Origin: Gonapodya sp. JEL0774
Taxonomy: Eukaryota
NCBI GenBank assembly: GCA_027604505.1
Contig: JADIIX010000007.1
Span: 124,001-188,000 of the forward strand
Length of the DNA stretch: 64,000 nucleotides
Direction: 5' to 3'
In this document: positions 38,850-52,224 of the stretch, in pieces
Layout: the number at the start of each line of letters is the position of its first letter
Position numbering within the stretch: the stretch's first letter is position 1
Notes under the pieces: generated by a model
Told to the model about the DNA's origin: nothing
Seen by the model: only the letters and a program-made list of their open reading frames with translations
The model's database searches: none
Translations under genes and position numbers: made by a program

Positions 38850-41757
38850 TTAATCCAACGCACTTTTTCTACTCAACCTATTAGTGCTATTTGACCTCTT
38901 CAATGACTGCTTATCCACAGATTTCATCAATGCAGGTTGTGCGCTCACCGAGCGTCCGTGCTTCCTTTCCTCCACCGTTTCATCGCTTCCCTTCACCTCT
39001 CGAAAGCGGCTTGCTTTAGATGGTGGTGCCTTTAGCTGTGGGATAAACGGCGAGACAAGTAGATCTCCTGTTTCTCCACCACGAGTTGTAAGACTTTCCA
39101 AAGACCACGATCTTCTTATTCCCGAACCAAACAATTCTACTCTGTTCATCAATCGAGAAACCAGAGAAATTTTGTGCTCCAACTCCTGTTGTTGGTCCGG
39201 AATTCTTCCTGGTGCTTCTATATTGACTTCCTCGATTGGGGTTAATGGTGAGGGAAAGAACCCATCCCCTGATGGTGAATTCAAGTATGTGCTCGAGCCT
39301 GTTGAAATCGGGGTGAGAGGAGTAGGGAACATCAGTTTTGGAGCGCGGTCAGGAGTGGCGGTTTCAAGATCATAGTTTCCATTGCTATCCAGTTTCATAT
39401 AGCGTGTCCTGGCACTCGTCATGAAGCGTCGACGGTAGATGGCGTAGGTGACGGCAGCTACAACTAAGCTCGCGAGCAAGACTATTATGCCAACAACCAG
39501 AAGAACTCTGTCATGAGGTGGTCCTCTGATTGTCTCAGTGCAAACAGATAGACCAGTCACCGGATCGATTTCAATGTGATCTTCGCCACAGATTCCCGAA
39601 AACAATAACTGCAGGTACTGGACAGTGCCAGCCTCCTTCATTGAGCCGGAAGTGTCGGTGGAGTTCCTTCGACTGTCAACTATCTGGAGGATCCATCGAC
39701 CGACCAAGGGTTCACCCCAACAGCGCACGGTAGTGAAGGTCCAAGGCAAATATCCTTCATTCGATACGTCACTTGTTCGTTCTGAAGCTAGTATAGAAAT
39801 CGTTCCTGAAGGGGAGACCAGCTTGATGGTGAGATATCGACGCTCCAAGTGATAGATCCGGACGGTGACTTGGACGTGCTCCAGACGGACAAGCTGACCA
39901 GTTGACTCCTTCGAAACATCTATCGGAATCTCCAAAATATTCCGGCCCACACTTCCATAGGGAATTCTCATATTTAGGTGCGCTTCAACGGTAACCGAGA
40001 GAGGTTGACTTGGCACCACTTGGTGGATCAAGGCTTCAGACACGAGTGCATCGGCGTCTAGCATGCCAAATCCGTACTTGTGGGAGACGTGAAAGCCGGC
40101 TCCATTAACTTGCCAATCAATATCCGTTGGATCAGTTTCCTTCGCAGTCTTGACAATGATGTACTGGATGTCACGCCACTGAAGTGCAGGTCTGAGTGAG
40201 ATGCCTTGGCGGATGAGATACGGTGCAGGACCATGGCTTCAAAGGGGACTATTTAAATTACCTTGCGGACAACATCAGTGCGAACATTCCTGCCGCAAGT
40301 GGTGCTGCCGCAGAGGTTCCAGAGTGTCGTTTTGTACATTCACCGTCCACATCCGTCGTCGTCTGAGCATTCCTGTATGATTGAGCGGTTTTCGGTGTGA
40401 TAAAGTGCATCAACGAGTACCTACGATCATGAGGTTCGAGTTCCCACTGTACGTAACGGCAAGGTGCGCCGCACACTGCTCTCCGTAGCTTGGCATTGTA
40501 CCATCCACCGCGACGGCTCCAATGGCGATCGTGTATGGACTATTGGCGTAGCCGTCGAAATTGCAATTATCGCCGAACAACCCTCCATTACCGGACGCAA
40601 ACACGAAGATAGAGCCCCGACCCTGTCGTCCCTTTGTGACTCCCACTTGAAATGCCTGCTGTGTGAGGTAACCGGGTCCATCCAAAGCCACACCATTGTC
40701 CTCCGGACCCCACGAGGAGGAATAAATATCATTTATGTTGAACATGTAATTGAACGCCATTGCCTCCAAGGCATCCGTTGTTGAGTCAGCTATCAGTCTC
40801 TCGGCTTTTGCGAGCGACGGAGACATGAAAACGACATGGAGAGTGCAAGGATTAAATTGGTCGTGGAGTCTCACCTGCGAACTTTGCTCCATATGCTACA
40901 CCCATACCGCAAACACTGTTCTTGGCAGCTGCTATTTGCCCGGCGCAACGAGTCCCATGAGCATCGTTGGGGGTGCCTGGGAGAGGTTGGTCAGTCCTTG
41001 TTGTAAAGTCCCAACTGGAACCCTGATTCTGTTCAAGGCCAATTCTCGACAAACTTGCAAAAAAATGTAGAGCTTCATCTAGCTCACCCAATTTGCTGAA
41101 AGGTCCGGGTGTGTAAAATCGACTCCATCGTCAACCACCGAAACGACTACTCCACTCCCGTTGATTCCTCGCCACCAAACAGGAACAACATTGATATCGT
41201 TTCCCAGAAGACCTTGTCCATTTACACCATCATTGTACTGGAGTAAAGAAGGTGAGAGCGAGACACCGGCTCGTTGCTTACTCATTTAGCTCACGCACCA
41301 GATGCCACTGATCCAGGAACATTGGGTCCGTGACCGTAAACGGCAAAGCAGCCGATCTCGTGGCCCTCGTTTTAGGGTTTTGTTGTTCGAACCATCTAAC
41401 ATGTTTGGCATTGAGTAATTTGCTTTCAACTTCCGCGATCCTGCGCTTTTGGAGCAGTTTCTCCGTCTTAGCATCCAACGGTCCCTCGTGAGAGACAAAG
41501 GCCTCGAACAGCCAGAATCCTTCTAGAGCTCCAATTGAACCAACATTAGTAAAACTATGGCGTTCAGCGAAGTCGTCCGCCTCGATCGAGGTATATGGGC
41601 GATCGAGGTCATCGTGATGAAGCTGCACTGCCCAACTCAGGGTGAGAGAATTCGCGCTGCCGTGACATGGATACGAGCAGAGAATCGATGCTAAAAGATT
41701 GAAAGTGAGCCAGATTGCATCGAGGATTGGTTGTCTCATTTCCCGATGGTGATACAT
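38850..41757 (-). CDS. KEX2: Kexin/furin-type proprotein convertase (signal peptide, prodomain, S8 domain, P domain, TM helix, cytosolic tail)
   Basis: Propeptide site RATR. Catalytic Asp in VVDDG, His in HGTRCAG, oxyanion Asn in FASGNG, Ser in GTSAAAP. P domain [52 protein letters not shown]. Confidence 0.92.
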
Positions 41758-42070
41758 AGAACGGTGTCCACACTACAATCATAAGTAGCGTTAATGGCGT
41801 TGTGACTTCAATTTCTCATTCGTCTCGATTCATCACAAAAACTGAAGAGAATTCTTCACTATCTATTGCATTTATTGCATTGAAGCTTGTCTCTCGCGGT
41901 GCGCAATCGTAAACTCTTTGAGGTTGTCTTCTTTTTGTGCCTGTTGAAGCTGCAGAGCAGCCGACTGCAGAGAGCCAGCGAGTGCGCTCGGTGCAGTCGG
42001 ATCTAAGGACAGGCAATTTGGTACAATATTGCGGTATGATTTGAGTGATTAAATCGTGAAATAACCAATA

Positions 42071-42805
42071 TCACTCCATACCAAGTTTCAGCACACCACT
42101 TTGTACGAGTTCTGCGGCCGAAGGCCTACGAGATATTTGCTTGACGAGAGCGTCTTCAATCTTTTTCTTCTGAAGCTCAACTTGGGGCCCCTGGATTGCT
42201 GAGCTAACAGAGGAGTTGGAGGTGGGGTCTGTGGCGACATTTTGTTGACAAACAACTGCGACACCACCAAGTGCTGAATGACGCACCGGATTTCAATACA
42301 TTGCTCTGTACTAGAGCCGCTGGCTCCGGACGGTTATGGAGCTTTTTGCTCAGCACATCTTCAACTTTTCTCTTCGCGAGCTCAGCTGCAGCCGCTTGTA
42401 TGCCGGCCGATACGTCACCTTAGTAGCAACGAGAACGAGAAGAAAGGGGATGACAAGAGGCGGGAATAGTTCAAAGAGTGGTGAGGTCTTCGGTGAGTCA
42501 AGATTTTGTGAAGGTTGTTCACCTTTCAAGATGTTTCGGTCCAGTAGGTCTTGTTTTTGTGGTCGACTCGCAAGCAACGAATCCAAGTGATCCATCCCTT
42601 CAAACTTTGCTGCCTTCCCCAAGGACAAACCAGTGTGTTCAATTTGATCTTCTGCAAGCGCATCTCCATTTGGTTTCGACAGAAGATTGGGGGTAGGTCT
42701 CCCGATTGCACCAATGGTCGAGGAACGAGTTCCTAAATTATCTGGAGTGTGAGACTGGTTCTATATGCAAAACTGGCTTCTAAATATCCCACTCTTAGCT
42801 GCCAT
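42071..42805 (-). CDS. Small RPEL-repeat (G-actin-binding) protein; 4 exons
   Basis: Three RPEL-like units: LASRPQKQDLLDRNILK, LHNRPEPAALVQSNVLK and ISRRPSAAELVQSGVLK. The inferred first exon is MAAK at 42805. Confidence 0.8.
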
Positions 42806-45300
42806 TGTTCCGATCTCAGGGATGACTCGCAACGAAAGGAATGCTGGTTGTGTGAAGTAGTGGTGGGAATGAGTGAGCGACCGTCTTCCCCGGCGCAAGA
42901 TCGATCAGGTGCCAAACAATCACTCAACCAAAGTTGTTGATTACGTTTTTTGTTTGGGATTTGAATGAAAATCATAAACTTCGTAACACTTTTATGTAAT
43001 ATTATCAGACTTGTCTTGAGAAAAAGATTTTTCGTGACGTATGAACTGTATCTCTTCGGGCGGCTGCCACAGACGATTGTCTTGGGCTGGCAATAGATGG
43101 AATAGGTAGGAAAATGATCATAGGATTTCGAGCTTTACATGCATGGCATACTATGTATGATTATGGCGCCTTTGTAGGTTGCTCAAAAATCGTTGCGCTT
43201 GCACCCCTTGGGTTGACGACGCCTTCCTCAGGTTTTGGTGGCTATGAGCTCACGCAGCTGCCGCTTCTCATGGGGCTCTATTATCTCAAGTGGAAGATCA
43301 GGACAATCGGGGTTGGAAACGGGAAGTCCCCAAAGTGAGAATCCAACAGAGGTAGCGAGTTTAACTCTGGGAAATTATGACGGCTGATTATGTGCGCCTG
43401 CGGAGGGTGCGGAACACACGCTAACATTACGTGCTTGCCATTAATATAGAACTTCAACTTGAAAGAGCGATCACTCGGTCTCGTGGATAGGATGGAGTCT
43501 CTCCTCCCACTTCAGTTCAGCAGTCGGTCGTGAGTCGGTTTTTCTTCCAGCTGAGCTCTGCATCACTGTCAAACAGGAACTCAGTGAGCAGTGAGAGCAA
43601 AACAGTTCTAGCCGAGGTCCGTCTCAATCTCATCTGCTTCGCAAGTAAGGGGCCCGAGCCGATAAAGGGAAATTGGCTACTGCTAAGCTCTAGGATCGAT
43701 ACTTTCATCTATATTAATGTAAGCAATTGTGCGGAAGAGGGTCCATCACCGCTCAGTGCCTGACCACTAACACAACTAACACATTGATATCACCGACGCG
43801 AAGTTCTCGATCCACGTCATCCTAGTCGGTATCAGTGACGTTACATTTATTGCACTACCGCCTCTGGTGCTTACAAATGCGTGGCGGACGACCAAGAGGG
43901 GGTCAGGGAGAACGTGAGTAGCGATAACGGACGTGGCGTTGGTGTTGGTGTCGCAACATAATAAATTAGAGGAGATGGCAGACGCTTTTGAGTGTGTGAC
44001 GTTGTAGTTCATCGTGCAGTTGCTTGGAATGGGTTGTGGGTCAGGGCTTTGTCCAGGCAATGCTGAAAGCATCGGACTTTTCAACCAGTGTTGGCGACGT
44101 GACTGAAGATACTTCCCTGCTTTGTTTTACAACGGTTATAGTTATCACTGGGTGAGTGTACTAATCCAACGCTATGTCCGCTACTGTTGGAAGGTGCAAA
44201 GTCCTCCTCGACCTTTTGGCTAGTCGTTGACGTCGATGCACCGAGATTCGTTATGGGAGCAGGTGTGAGTTGTTTCTGGGTTTACGGAGTGGTGCTATAG
44301 TGTGAATTAAATGTAGCATTATCACCGCACCCCCTAAGCACGATTTGCTACTTCTCCATCATTTAATGTCCCGTCACATCACTCAATCTGTAGCTCCCCA
44401 AACAGTGCCCCATCTTGAGTCCCCGGCCGCCCTCGCTCGCTCACCACCAGCTCGACTCAAGGGAGCATGAAATCCAAAAAATTGAGCCCGTTCCACGTGC
44501 CGAGCAATTCTTCGCTGTCGATGTCCGCGCAAGTCGCTGCCCTCGCTGCCATAGCCCACGCGAACACTTCCATGGCCCTCTTTCACAGGAGGTGGCATCG
44601 AGTTCAATGGACTTGTGTCCCCGTCAGCGATATCGGCCAAAACCACGGCGACGTGGTCTTCACCCACCACATTACCGATCCCAATCAGGCTGACGACGCC
44701 GTTGTCGTATGTCCACCCAGTGGCTCTCTCGGCGGGCTCCTCCTCGGAATCCGTCGATGCGGGAGGATCTGCGTCTGCGGTCGGTTTGTCGTCAGGGGTA
44801 CAACTGGGAGTGGGACATTTGGGGATAGATTGGGTGAGCTCACACAATCGACAGGCAAGCGTCTGTTGTGCCCCCTGTGGACAATAAGGAAGAGGAGGAT
44901 TTACCGGCTTTGCGTAAATCAGGAAGCGCACTGAAAGGGTTTGGAGTTGTGGTAGGCAGTTGGTGAGAACCGCTGGCTTTCTGATCTGGAGCAGAAAGCG
45001 CTGTGCTATGCAACATTCTTGAGGCCTCTTTCGTATTGTTTCATTTCTGTGGATCACAGTCTTTCTTGGTACTGTGGCCGGCACCAGCAGCTTGCAAATA
45101 TAAAATTAACCATACAGATTACCTTCTCAAATTAACTCTATTGTAGTATTATTTTGAAGTGATTCCCATCTCAAAAGTATTGTACTGTGCTTGGACGAGG
45201 GGCATTGCAAAATGGATTCAATTGTGGTGTGTAAAAGTGGCGCAGAGGACTCTGTATCACTCTTGGTCTATCTGCCGTTTTCCACCCAAAACATACAAAC

Positions 45301-46857
45301 ATGGCTGACGGTCAGAAAGGTACGAAGTCTCCTCATTGATTTAGAAATCGCCCTCAACTTGACGCGATTCTCGGTTCTACGAAACCCCGCCCCCCCCGAA
45401 CTCGTTACTCGGACATTCCACCCCATGGCTTCAATCCTACGACCACCTCCAAACGCGCCAATCCAGCCGAGAGAGAGCATGCTGTCTACATGGTGAGTTT
45501 TCCTCGTGATGCGGACTTTCTGCGGTGATTTTACCGTCGCGAACACTTTGCTGACTGGTGCGTGTTTGGTGTCCAGGCCAAGCTGTCGGAGCAGGTACGG
45601 TTTGATCCCTTCCGCGTCATTCACTATGGAGTTTGTTTTCCTTAAATTCAATGAATTTGGCGATTGACTCCAGGCTGAGCGTTACGATGAGATGGTTTCG
45701 TTCATGAAGGTAAGGGAGGAATTCGTGGGTGTGCCCCCCATTCCGATTTATTCATACTATTCTCAAACTGTACAGGATGTGGCAAAGGTAAAACCAGCTT
45801 ATCGTGTCCTCAAGGGAATCCCTGAAGTTGTTTTGAAATCAACACTTTTGTGGCAGATGGGGGTCGAGCTCACTGTGGAAGAGCGCAACCTCCTGTCCGT
45901 TGCCTACAAGAACGTCATCGGTGCCCGCCGCGCGTCTTGGCGAATCGTCTCTTCTATCGAACAAAAGGAGGAGTCTAAGGGTAACGAGAACCAGGTCAAG
46001 AAGATCAGGGATTACCGCATCAAAATTGAGAACGAGCTTTCGGACGTCTGCAATGACATTCTTGATGTTCTTGACAAGCACTTGATCCAGACCGCTGCTA
46101 CCGGAGAGTCGAAAGTCTTCTACTACAAGATGTGAGTTCGCTTATGAAAGAATACCCCATTAATTCGTATTGGAGCGTTTTGGTGAGATAGGAAGGGGGA
46201 CTACCACCGTTATCTCGCCGAGTTCTCCACTGGTGACAAGCGGAAGGATGCCGCGAATAAAGCTCATGAGGCATACAAAGCCGCCACCGACATCGCCCAG
46301 ACTGAGCTAGCACCGACACACCCCATCCGCCTCGGTCTGGCCCTGAATTTCTCTGTGTTCTATTACGAGATTCTGAACTCTCCAGACCGGGCGTGCCACC
46401 TGGCTAAGCAGGCGTTTGACGACGCAATTGCGGAGCTTGACACTCTGAACGAGGAGTCCTACAAGGACAGCACCCTTATCATGCAACTCCTGCGTGACAA
46501 CCTGACACTCTGGACATCGGGTGAGTTGCTTATTATGTTGAAGGGCAATCTCCTGCTCCTTACACTCTTCTTGCCTCTCCCCATCTCTATGCTAATCCGT
46601 ATCTTGAAGATCTCCAAGACGGTAAGGGTTGTCGCCTCTGTCGCATAATCATAATTGACCTGAATCTTGTTTCTCACCTCCACATTGTTTTATGTGCTCA
46701 TATTATGCCTCGGAACGCGGTTCCCTCTATCAAAATCCTTGCGTTGAACGAATTGTGGTGACAAAAACACATCTGCGTCACTATTTTACAACAATTTACA
46801 GCGGAGGGGGAGAAGCCTGGCGAGGAGTCGAAGGAGGGAGAAGCGCCTGCCGTGTAG
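45301..46857 (+). CDS. 14-3-3 protein with many micro-exons
   Basis: Spliced: [30 protein letters not shown]|..[69 protein letters not shown]. Confidence 0.97.
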
Positions 46858-46932
46858 ACGTGTTCTCGAGTACATTTTCATCATCCACCCTTACATCACA
46901 CACTGCGTTGCCCCATGGTTTCGAAGCAATTT

Positions 46933-49900
46933 TCACCGCCTTGTATGGCTTGTGACAAAACGTCCCGTAGAGACATAGCGGTTGTACCCATCGTACCGTT
47001 TTATCTCCACGCTGGAACGAGCCTCTTTTCCGGGGACCCAGATTTTGGTTACATCCACATACCCTTTATAGACTTCCTCGTCCTTCTCCAGAACAGTTGT
47101 ACCACGCGTTGGTGTATTGACATACTCCGTGAACAACCCTGAAGTGCATCCAATAACGGTGAGGAGATGGTCACAATGTAATAACTGGCGAGAACTCACT
47201 GTAGTCGGGGTGCCGGAGAGGGCTTTCCCGCTGCGAGCCGGTGCTCGCGTTTGAGGCCTTTGTTATTCCAGATGCGATGGACAAGGGACGAGAAAGGTTT
47301 GAGTGGTGGTCCTCACTAGAGGATGGATCCAAGTCCACAACAGATGTTCCACTGTCGAGGACGATTGCGGAAGGGCGAAACTGATTGACATATCTTGAGG
47401 GGCAGAAGGATGTTGTGGCTGCTTGCAACACCATGCAATACACTATCTTTCACCTGCGATATTCTTTGTATTCCCCTGTTGTGACTTGGGGCTGGAGCAG
47501 TCTCTTGGACATGGCAGACGTGCCCCAGTAATCCTCGATCGCAACTTTTGTGTCCCCTTGATCACCATGGCTGTCTCCGACTTTCCGCGAAGACATGTTC
47601 TTGCCGTCCTCTTCACCAGGTTTGTTTGTCAATGTGAGCCACCGCTTGACGCCGCCAATATTGAGACTGCGGCAGACACGTTGACATTCTAGTATATGAG
47701 ATGCAATTCGCGGAACGATTCATGCGTACCTGTACAACATGAAATGGCGATTGGGCTGTCCATGAGTTGTCCTGACGGTGAACGGGCTAAAGTCGAACGT
47801 CTTCTTATCTTCCTCCTTCCTATCGCGGGCAGATGTGCTCCGTGATTTAGATCTGAAGGGAACAGTCGTGCACGCCCCAGTGAATTCTTACTCACCGGAG
47901 TGTGGAGATCATATTGAACGCGAAAAGATTCGCAAACGAGGTGATTAGAGTTGGACGGTAGTGCTCGGCGAAATAGTAAGGATCATCTTGCCCTTCGCCA
48001 ATCGAGTTGAGATTGCTGGTCGCCGCATTGACTCCCAAGTTGTCAGGGGACCACCACTGGATATAGCTTAATATTTGTAAATGAGTGTATTGGCGCGCAA
48101 TTTGGCTGTGACGTAAAATTGACACACCTGCGTTTCGGTCGTTTAATTCGCGGATCCTCGTTGTGCAGGTGATAGTCAGTGTTAAGGTCCCACAATCTCG
48201 CGTTAGGTTGGGCTAGGTAGGTTCCGAGAAATAAATTGATCGCATCCTGCTTCTCAGCATCTGAAAGGTGTGGATTCCGATCATAAATGAATAAATGAAG
48301 GCCTAGTATAACACAATCACGCAACTTAGGAAGAATTACCGGTAAATGAGTTACTATAAAACCGCCGAATGCTCTCAATCATATCGCGTGAGTGAGTTGT
48401 CCACGCTGAAATCTTACGGTATGTTTCCATTGTGTTGACCAAGTGTGATCCACCGTACTGAGGCAAACCAGAAACCGTCTGCATAAACCTGATCCACTAA
48501 GTCACACGCAAATCTAAAGTACTTCACCTGCAATGCAATGGTGTCTCCATGATCGTGATACAACACATTCAGCAAATTTACCGCGTCACAGTCCAGAGGC
48601 ACTTGCGGACTGTCAATCACCCCAAGAGCGTACAACTGTTGTCCCAAGGCACATTTGCCAATGACAAACTGCGCTGCATTAGTTCGATCAATACAGTCGA
48701 CACAGTTTGTACGGACGACACCGTTTTGACGGCGACCGAGAATTCTGCGCTTTGGATCGGTAGTCCGGCGAGCAGTTCTGTAGAACATTGAGTGAAAATG
48801 GACGTGGGTTACGAAAGGTTTAAAATTCATTCAGTCACAACACCACGCAGCAGACGGCAAGATTCGGCGGGTACGCACGTCTCCCTGCGTACTGCATTCA
48901 TATATGGTTCTGGGCCCGAATGAAAGAATCCCGTCGTTGACAATACATTTTTGCCAATCTCCTCGAGTGTCTCCACTACATTGTGATCCTCGCTCTTTGA
49001 CGCGCGCGCCATGTCCCAGGCTATGTAGATGAGCTTCTTATCGGGTGGTAGGTGCTTGTTCAAGTACGTGACGCACGCTGTGAGTTCGTTGAGAAGTATA
49101 GATTCGCGGGGAGTTTTCTCTTTGCTCTAGAATGAGAGGAACGAGTGAGCACGTACGGGCACACGCAGGGGCGCACTGGGCAACCGGACCGGCACAAAAC
49201 GAAACTTCGGCGATGCACAATACCTTGACGAGATTGAGCACGATAATGGGGGTTCCGTATCGTTTGAACATTTCGTCGAAGTGAAGTGCAGCGGCGGAGA
49301 AGTAAGGGTCCACGACAGTGACTAGAAGGGGTTACCAAAGAGTGGAACGGAACATGCGGAGCGGGAATAACGACATCTAAACCTCTCCACGCAAGTTCAT
49401 AATATACTTACGTTCGATCGGTGGCTTCGGTGCTATGGACGTGGTATCTTGCGACCAAAAAAGGGGAATGGATCCGCGGTGTTGGACAAAAGAGGTGTAA
49501 GCAGCTTTGTTGTGATACCGTCCTCGTGGAACATAGAAGGAGGTAGTGGTGGCATCGTTGACAATCTGCTCCGTTTCGACGTCATTCTGAAATAAGTAAG
49601 GTAAGATGGAGTACTGCTGATGCGGGTAAAGAGGGCTTACCGCCACGTAACCCTAATTCGGTTCATGACGCACAGATAAATTCGCATTTCCACTAAAGCT
49701 GCAGCAAAGCACAGAAAGACCTCACTTGATCGCTCACACCTCTCTTGAGGAACCGTGCTCCGGCGTAGTGTCTTGATCTCCTCGCAATGAGGGTCACCAG
49801 GATATTACGACCGTAAACGGAAATCTTGGCTTGGTCCACGAACCCATGGATGACAGGCAACGCCCAAGAGGAAGTTATCGATCCGAATCCCGCAACAAGT

Positions 49901-50659
49901 AGGTTGTAATTCCACACGAACATCCCCTGGGGATTGAACGCAGTCCGGCCCGGTGGGCGAGTAAGGTTGTGCTGGAGGGTCCGAGTGATGTCGTAGGTGT
50001 ACGAATAGTAGAAATTTTTGGAGAGGTCCACGTTTTGAAAGACCTGAGATGGATAGAGTTGGAAGGATGAGAGGGGAACTGGATGGTCGAGGGATCGCGA
50101 ACATAAATACCTGCACGTATCGGCTCTCATCTGGTTTACGGTCAATTTTCACCATGGCCCCGGGTATAGATATGAGGTTGGTCGCATCTGAAAGCGAGAA
50201 CCCCGTGATTTTTGATGATTCGCTGTGGACAGGAATGTTCTTTCACGAACCAATGTGATAGACGTAGTGCCCTCCCAGCAATCCGACAGCCCTCCTCTTC
50301 GTAACGACCATGAGATAATACCCCTCCAAAAAGCGGACGAATCCTGTTTTCAACGAAGATGGAGGTGAATCTAGACCAGCACAGCACTCGCTCACAACTT
50401 CTGGCGACTGACCTAAAATCCCATGAAAAGTCAACACATTACTCAAGCCGCCTGTACTCTTGTTTCCATTCTCGACCATCGCCATCACTTCGTTGACTTC
50501 AGTTTTGGTGTAGAGATGGGGATCATCCGTCACCTCAAGATCCTTGGAGGTCCTGTCGATCTTGAGAATCCGGAAAACATCGTCCGTGATGTTTGATCCG
50601 ACTATGTAATATCTTGTTCTAGTTTCCCATAGCGTGAACTTGTGGAGCGGGTCACCCAT
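46933..50659 (-). CDS. FIG4: PI(3,5)P2 5-phosphatase Fig4 (Sac domain)
   Basis: Motifs [67 protein letters not shown], catalytic [25 protein letters not shown] and [13 protein letters not shown]. Confidence 0.93.
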
Positions 50660-50753
50660 ATAAACAGAACTGTTTGGATGATGGTACACACTGTGGTCAC
50701 GTCTGCCTTGTGGTCACCACAGTAGCAGGCGAGGATAACCCTGACAGTTCACA
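50660..50753. promoter_or_regulatory. Probable compact bidirectional promoter between FIG4 and OTUB1, with a TGTGGTCAC direct repeat
   Basis: Only 94 bp separate the divergent ATGs. TGTGGTCAC occurs at 50692-50700 and 50709-50717. Confidence 0.55.
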
Positions 50754-52083
50754 ATGACGTCCAACCCAACGCCATCCGAAATTGAAGAGTCTAAGGTGGA
50801 CGATCGTCCGACTGACCAGCAGATTTTAGACTTCGAAGACAAGATTCGCGTGGGTTAGGGGCTGAGCTTTCACAAGATCTTGCACACCCGAGGCGTTTCA
50901 CATCTGTCAAGGTGTCTGACATCTCAAACAATAGGCAGAACTTCTCGCAGATACACCCTTTGTGAGCGAACCGGCTGGTCTTGAAGCCTTGGAGTCTGAG
51001 TACGCAGGTGGCGCGGAGATATTTGGAAAGAAACTTGCGGTGAGCTACGATCATCGGCCAGCGTTCGGTGAACTGGCGGGTGCTCTGGGCTTTTCATCAC
51101 GAAAGTGGCTTGTTGTACTTTTTTAAACACAATTGCATCCTCGCTGGACTGTGGCCGAATATGTAGCAACTGAAGACGGAGTTCCCAAGGTATCGGTCCA
51201 TCCGAAAGGACGGCAACTGCTTTTACCGAGCGTTCGGCTGGCGTGAGTTCACGTGTCTTTTTATCTGTATTCGCTACGTTTATCGCTATTCCCCAGCACT
51301 CACACGCCCTACCGCTCAGGTCTCGCCGAGCTCTTATGGTCCGGTGCCAACACCGCATGGCATGACACCGCCAAAGCCATTCTCATCTCCTCTATCGATA
51401 TCCTTACCGCCTCAGGCTACGAGCAGGCCATGGTTCAGGACTTTTACGATACTTTCCTCTCTGCCATGAAGCTCCGCGAGTCTCCCAACGAATCCTCAGG
51501 GCTCGCGGTCTTCCAGGACGAGTATGCTTCAGCCACGACCATATGTCATCTACGGCTGTGTACAGGAGCGGAATTGAAGAGAAACAGGGATATTTATGAG
51601 GGATTTGCAGAAGTTCCGATTGATGAATTTGTTACACAAGCGGTAGAGCCGATGGCTCTTGAGGTGAGTCTATTCCTCTCCCTTTTGTAGCTGTCGATGG
51701 ATGCGAAGGAGCACTGTTGAATGTGAGACTACTGTGCGTCTCTTGGAAGTCGTCAGGAGGTTGAGAGTGCACATGGACATCAAAGTTCCGTGAACAAATC
51801 TGATAGCTCCAGTTTACCCTCCTCCACCTCCCGCTCCCGCTCTTTCTTCACCACTTCCATCGTTCTTGTGCCCCAGGCTGACAATCTTCAAATATCTGCG
51901 CTTGTTAACGCCATCCCCCTGCTTAACGTCCGAATCGCAAACCTCGACACCACCCCTGGTAGCGTTAATTTCCACGAGTTCTCACCCATGGACGCGGACG
52001 CCAAAGAACTACCGACGGTAACGTTGTTGTTTCGGCCTGGGCATTACGACGTGTTGTATGCGGCAGGGGAGGCAGATGCGTAA
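50754..52083 (+). CDS. OTUB1: Otubain (OTU deubiquitinase, peptidase C65)
   Basis: Catalytic Cys box RSIRKDGNCFYRAF, motif FVTQAVEPMALE|ADNLQISAL, and His box LLFRPGHYDVLY. Confidence 0.92.
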
Positions 52084-52192
52084 TCGTTGGACTATGTCTC
52101 AAATTCACGGGGATTGTGGAGTACATCAGGCTTCAGTGATTTGACTCTCAGAACCTCGGCAATTATTGTAACGTAAGTGAAACTCATTTTCT

Positions 52193-52224
52193 CCTGGGAA
52201 GCATTGGGCCTGGGAAGCATTGGG
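52193..52224. repeat. Perfect 16-bp tandem duplication (cctgggaagcattggg x2), intergenic
   Basis: Directly visible at 52193-52208 and 52209-52224. Confidence 0.9.

Noticed and set aside
46622..46801. H/ACA snoRNA in the last 14-3-3 intron
   Set aside because: ANANNA and ACA words are present, but no convincing double hairpin is visible by eye.
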